Assembly (NCBI GenBank): GCA_038247465.1
Contig: JBBRUV010000001.1
Coordinates: 1-46,325, forward strand
DNA length: 46,325 nt
Direction: 5' to 3'
DNA from: Cytophagales bacterium
GTDB lineage: Bacteria > Bacteroidota > Bacteroidia > Cytophagales > Spirosomataceae
Below are positions 43,771 through 46,325 of this stretch, piece by piece; within the stretch, counting starts at the first letter, position 1; every line of letters begins with the position of its first letter. Both the position numbers and the translations under genes were made by a program. The notes under the pieces were generated by a model that was not told the DNA's origin, did no database searches, and saw only the letters and a program-made list of their open reading frames with translations.

Positions 43771-44481
43771 TCATGCCATAAAATCCCGCACAAAGTCAGT
43801 CGCCGGGCGGTTCACCAGATCGTCCGGCGTTCCTATTTGTACGATTTTGCCTTTAGCCATCAGGGCAATTCGGTTGCCGAGTTCGCGGGCCTCGGTCACA
43901 TCGTGCGTCACCAACACAACGGTCGTTTTCTGCAATTCGCTCAGGCCGAAGAGTTCGCGCCGGACGTGCCGCCGGGTGTAGGGGTCAAGTGCGCCGAAGG
44001 GTTCGTCCATCAGCATTACCGGGGGGCGGGCCGCCAACGCCCGCGCCACGCCCACGCGCTGCCGCTGCCCGCCACTCAAATCGGCGGGATAGCGTAATAG
44101 CAATTCGTCGGGCAGTTGGAGTTTTTCGCAGAGGTCGGCTATGCGCTCCCGGATGCGGGCGGGGGGCCAGCCGAGGAGTTTTGGTACGGTGGCGATGTTA
44201 GCAGCAACGGTATAATGCGGAAACAGCCCGGCCTCCTGCATCACGTAGCCGATGGTTCGGCGCAGGGTCGGCCCGTCGAGACCAAGCACGTTCTGCCCGC
44301 CGATGGCAACGGTTCCGGTGGTGGGTTCGATGAGCCGGTTGAGCATTTTGAGCGTAGTGGTTTTGCCGCAGCCGCTTGTGCCGAGCAACACCAGGGTTTC
44401 GCCTGGTGCTACCGAAAACGACACATCGGCAACGGCCACCTGTGCGCCGTAATGTTTGGAAAGATGCTGAATCTGAATCAA
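43771..44481 (-). CDS. ABC transporter ATP-binding protein (OpuCA/ProV-like, lacking CBS domains)
   Basis: The start is a TTG. Walker A is GTSGCGKTT, the signature is LSGGQRQR and Walker B is VMLMDEPFGALD. The ORF ends at 236 aa, before any CBS pair. Confidence 0.85.
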   Translation of the reverse strand: MIQIQHLSKHYGAQVAVADVSFSVAPGETLVLLGTSGCGKTTTLKMLNRLIEPTTGTVAIGGQNVLGLDGPTLRRTIGYVMQEAGLFPHYTVAANIATVPKLLGWPPARIRERIADLCEKLQLPDELLLRYPADLSGGQRQRVGVARALAARPPVMLMDEPFGALDPYTRRHVRRELFGLSELQKTTVVLVTHDVTEARELGNRIALMAKGKIVQIGTPDDLVNRPATDFVRDFMA

Positions 44482-44516
44482 TTGATGGGAATGTTATACC
44501 CAAATATACACCCCAA

Positions 44517-46325
44517 TCACTTCTCCACGCCCTGCTGCCGGTAGTGGTCGGCGCGTTGCTCGGCGCGGTCGTCCATTTTTGGCCCGCCCTGAATCGTGCG
44601 CCAGTCAAATTTTTTGTTGAACGGGGGCGTGTTATAGGGCTTCATGGCCGTTTCGGGGTCAAAGATGCGCTTGTCGGGCAGCACCGCATCGTAAGGCGTG
44701 AAGTCGGGCTTATCGGTGAAAAAATCCTGGAGTAGTGATGCCGTTTGGTCGTATTGGTTCACATACGGAACGCCGAGAATGTTGTAAATCACTTTCAGTA
44801 ACGAACCAAAATTGGCGTGGGTGTGCGACACGTACCCGCGCTTCACATAAGGCCCGGCCATCATCAGCACCGAACGGTGGGCATCAATGTGGTCAACGCC
44901 ACCCTGCGGGTCGTCTTCGGTAATAATCACGAGCATATCTTTCCAGTATGGCGTTCTTGACAAAAAGTGTAGAATCCGGCCAACGGCGAGGTCGTTATCG
45001 GCCATGAACGAATGCGGATACGGAAACCCGAAATCGGGCCGGACCCCCGCGCCGTGATCGTTCGGCACCTGCATCGTGATGAGTTTCGGCATGGGGTCAT
45101 TCAGTTTTTTTCTTGACGACCAGGGATTCAGCCACTTCTCGGTAAACTCCTGTTCAAACTGCTCCATCCGGTACTGGTCGGGAATATCGGTGTTGAAGCC
45201 GGCATAGTTGCGGCTGGTGCGCGGATATACGGCGGCTGGCATCGGAAACGCGACTGACTGAGCCGCGCCAAACTGCGTGGTGGTGTATTCTTCAAACGAA
45301 CCCGCGTATTCGTTGGCTTCGCCGAAGTTATAAAACGAGGTCTTGTTGCGTTTCAGGGCTTCCCACAGGCCGCCGATTTCGTTGTAATCTTCGGGGTCAA
45401 TGGCTCCGGTTGTTTTCGGGAACCGCCGACCAGGGGCTTTCGAGAACGCATCGAACCGCCCTTCTGACGATGAATTGGCTTCGACCCACTCGTTCGGAAT
45501 CGTTCCCATCATCCAGTGGTGGCCGTGAATACTTGCGTCAGAATCGCAGTAGAAATTGTCCGAAAACGCCCACTGCCGGGCCGCCCGATGGTGGTTTGGC
45601 ATCACGTTTACGTTCGTAAGCGAGTCACTAATCGGTTTTCGGTTGTTTGTTTTTACCGTTACGCCCACGCCATACCGCGCCAATGAAGAATCACCATTAG
45701 CCTGGCGGAGCTGGCCGAAAATCTCGTCATAGGTGCGATTTTCTTTGGTGATATACACGATGTGCTTGATCGGACTCTGCCCCCCACGCGGCAACGCGGG
45801 CAACGGATTTTTGCTGTCGGCCACCGAAACGGTTTCGAACGTATTGGCGATGGCTTGTTTGGTATAAGTCGCTAACTGCGTTACCCCACCCCTAACCCCT
45901 CCCCCCTGAGGGAGGGGGATCGCCTGAAACGTACCGAGTTGTACATCACCGATATAAGTCCCCTGCGGTGGTTTCACGTAGTCGCGTCCGCCGTTCGGCC
46001 CGGCTCCGTAGCCCCGCGCTGAGGTCACATACAGCACACGTTCATTGGGCGAAAGGGCCACGCGGGTTGGCCCCCAGCCCGTCGGAATCAGGCCGCGCAC
46101 ACTGCGCGTCGGCACATCCACAACGGCTACGGTATTGAACGCCAACAGCGCAACGTACAGCGTTTTTTCGTCTTTCGAGAGTGTCAGGCCGAAAGGCATC
46201 AGACCGCGTTTTGCGTCAATTCGTTTGTCTATTTTCAGCGTAATTGTCCCAACGATTTTATGCCCGTTTTTATAATCGAGAATCGAAATGTTATCGTTGG
46301 TCGCGTTCGAGACGTAGGCGAAGCG
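44517..46325 (-). CDS. Beta-propeller (YncE-like) / phosphoesterase-family protein (C-terminal ~600 codons; N-terminus off the window)
   Basis: The frame stays open from 46199 to the window edge (RFAYVSNATNDNISILDYKNGH...). The phosphoesterase motif is HIVYITKENRTYDEIFG, with later ITEDDPQGGVDHIDAHRS. Confidence 0.8.
   Translation of the reverse strand, partial: RFAYVSNATNDNISILDYKNGHKIVGTITLKIDKRIDAKRGLMPFGLTLSKDEKTLYVALLAFNTVAVVDVPTRSVRGLIPTGWGPTRVALSPNERVLYVTSARGYGAGPNGGRDYVKPPQGTYIGDVQLGTFQAIPLPQGGGVRGGVTQLATYTKQAIANTFETVSVADSKNPLPALPRGGQSPIKHIVYITKENRTYDEIFGQLRQANGDSSLARYGVGVTVKTNNRKPISDSLTNVNVMPNHHRAARQWAFSDNFYCDSDASIHGHHWMMGTIPNEWVEANSSSEGRFDAFSKAPGRRFPKTTGAIDPEDYNEIGGLWEALKRNKTSFYNFGEANEYAGSFEEYTTTQFGAAQSVAFPMPAAVYPRTSRNYAGFNTDIPDQYRMEQFEQEFTEKWLNPWSSRKKLNDPMPKLITMQVPNDHGAGVRPDFGFPYPHSFMADNDLAVGRILHFLSRTPYWKDMLVIITEDDPQGGVDHIDAHRSVLMMAGPYVKRGYVSHTHANFGSLLKVIYNILGVPYVNQYDQTASLLQDFFTDKPDFTPYDAVLPDKRIFDPETAMKPYNTPPFNKKFDWRTIQGGPKMDDRAEQRADHYRQQGVEK

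Noticed and set aside
1-46325. Search for transposases, integrases, phage genes, rRNA, known riboswitch-like leaders and classical defence systems
   Set aside because: No ORF showed DDE/tyrosine-recombinase/serine-recombinase motifs, restriction-modification or Cas signatures. The only RNA gene I could support is tRNA-Leu. Absence is judged by eye only and should be confirmed with profile searches.

Overview
The window is a 46.3 kb chromosomal segment. Protein similarities, the absence of Shine-Dalgarno spacing, TAnnTTTG-type boxes and abundant GC-rich palindromes suggest a Bacteroidota (Cytophagia/Spirosomaceae-like) genome; this assignment is inference, as no database search was possible.

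Gene content, left to right:
- Sir2 deacylase (partial), a decayed CDF transporter gene, topA, a CHRD lipoprotein, an unknown beta-barrel outer-membrane protein, and aconitase.
- A RelE/ParE-type toxin-antitoxin pair with a frameshifted toxin, then pheA.
- A ~0.9 kb AT-rich islet carrying one orphan gene.
- A six-gene minus-strand surface-polysaccharide/LPS cluster: three GT4, one Wzy/O-antigen-ligase-like, one GT9 and one unknown.
- A complete assimilatory nitrate/nitrite locus. The minus arm is nirB-nirD-NarX-like kinase-NarL-like regulator. The divergent plus arm is cobA-porin-nrtABD-nasA (fused to an NAD(P)H reductase module)-SiR-like/rubredoxin protein.
- A HicB antitoxin fused to a truncated HicA, clpP, an XRE regulator, tig, and tRNA-Leu(UAG).
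- Two small orphan ORFs.
- An osmoprotectant ABC transporter whose ATPase and permease genes are separated by an oppositely oriented pair of predicted exported enzymes (RraA/aldolase-like and a Tat-signal enolase-superfamily protein).
- A partial beta-propeller/phosphoesterase gene.

No CRISPR array, rRNA, transposase or integrase was seen.

The most unusual signals are these:
1. A dispersed family of hairpin elements whose arms are tandem 7-8 nt arrays. They fill many intercistronic gaps and overlap stop codons.
2. The uncharacterised SiR-like/rubredoxin protein, whose start overlaps the end of nasA.
3. The exported dehydratase-plus-aldolase-like pair splitting an ABC operon.
4. The AT-rich orphan islet.

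All family calls rest on motifs recognised by eye.
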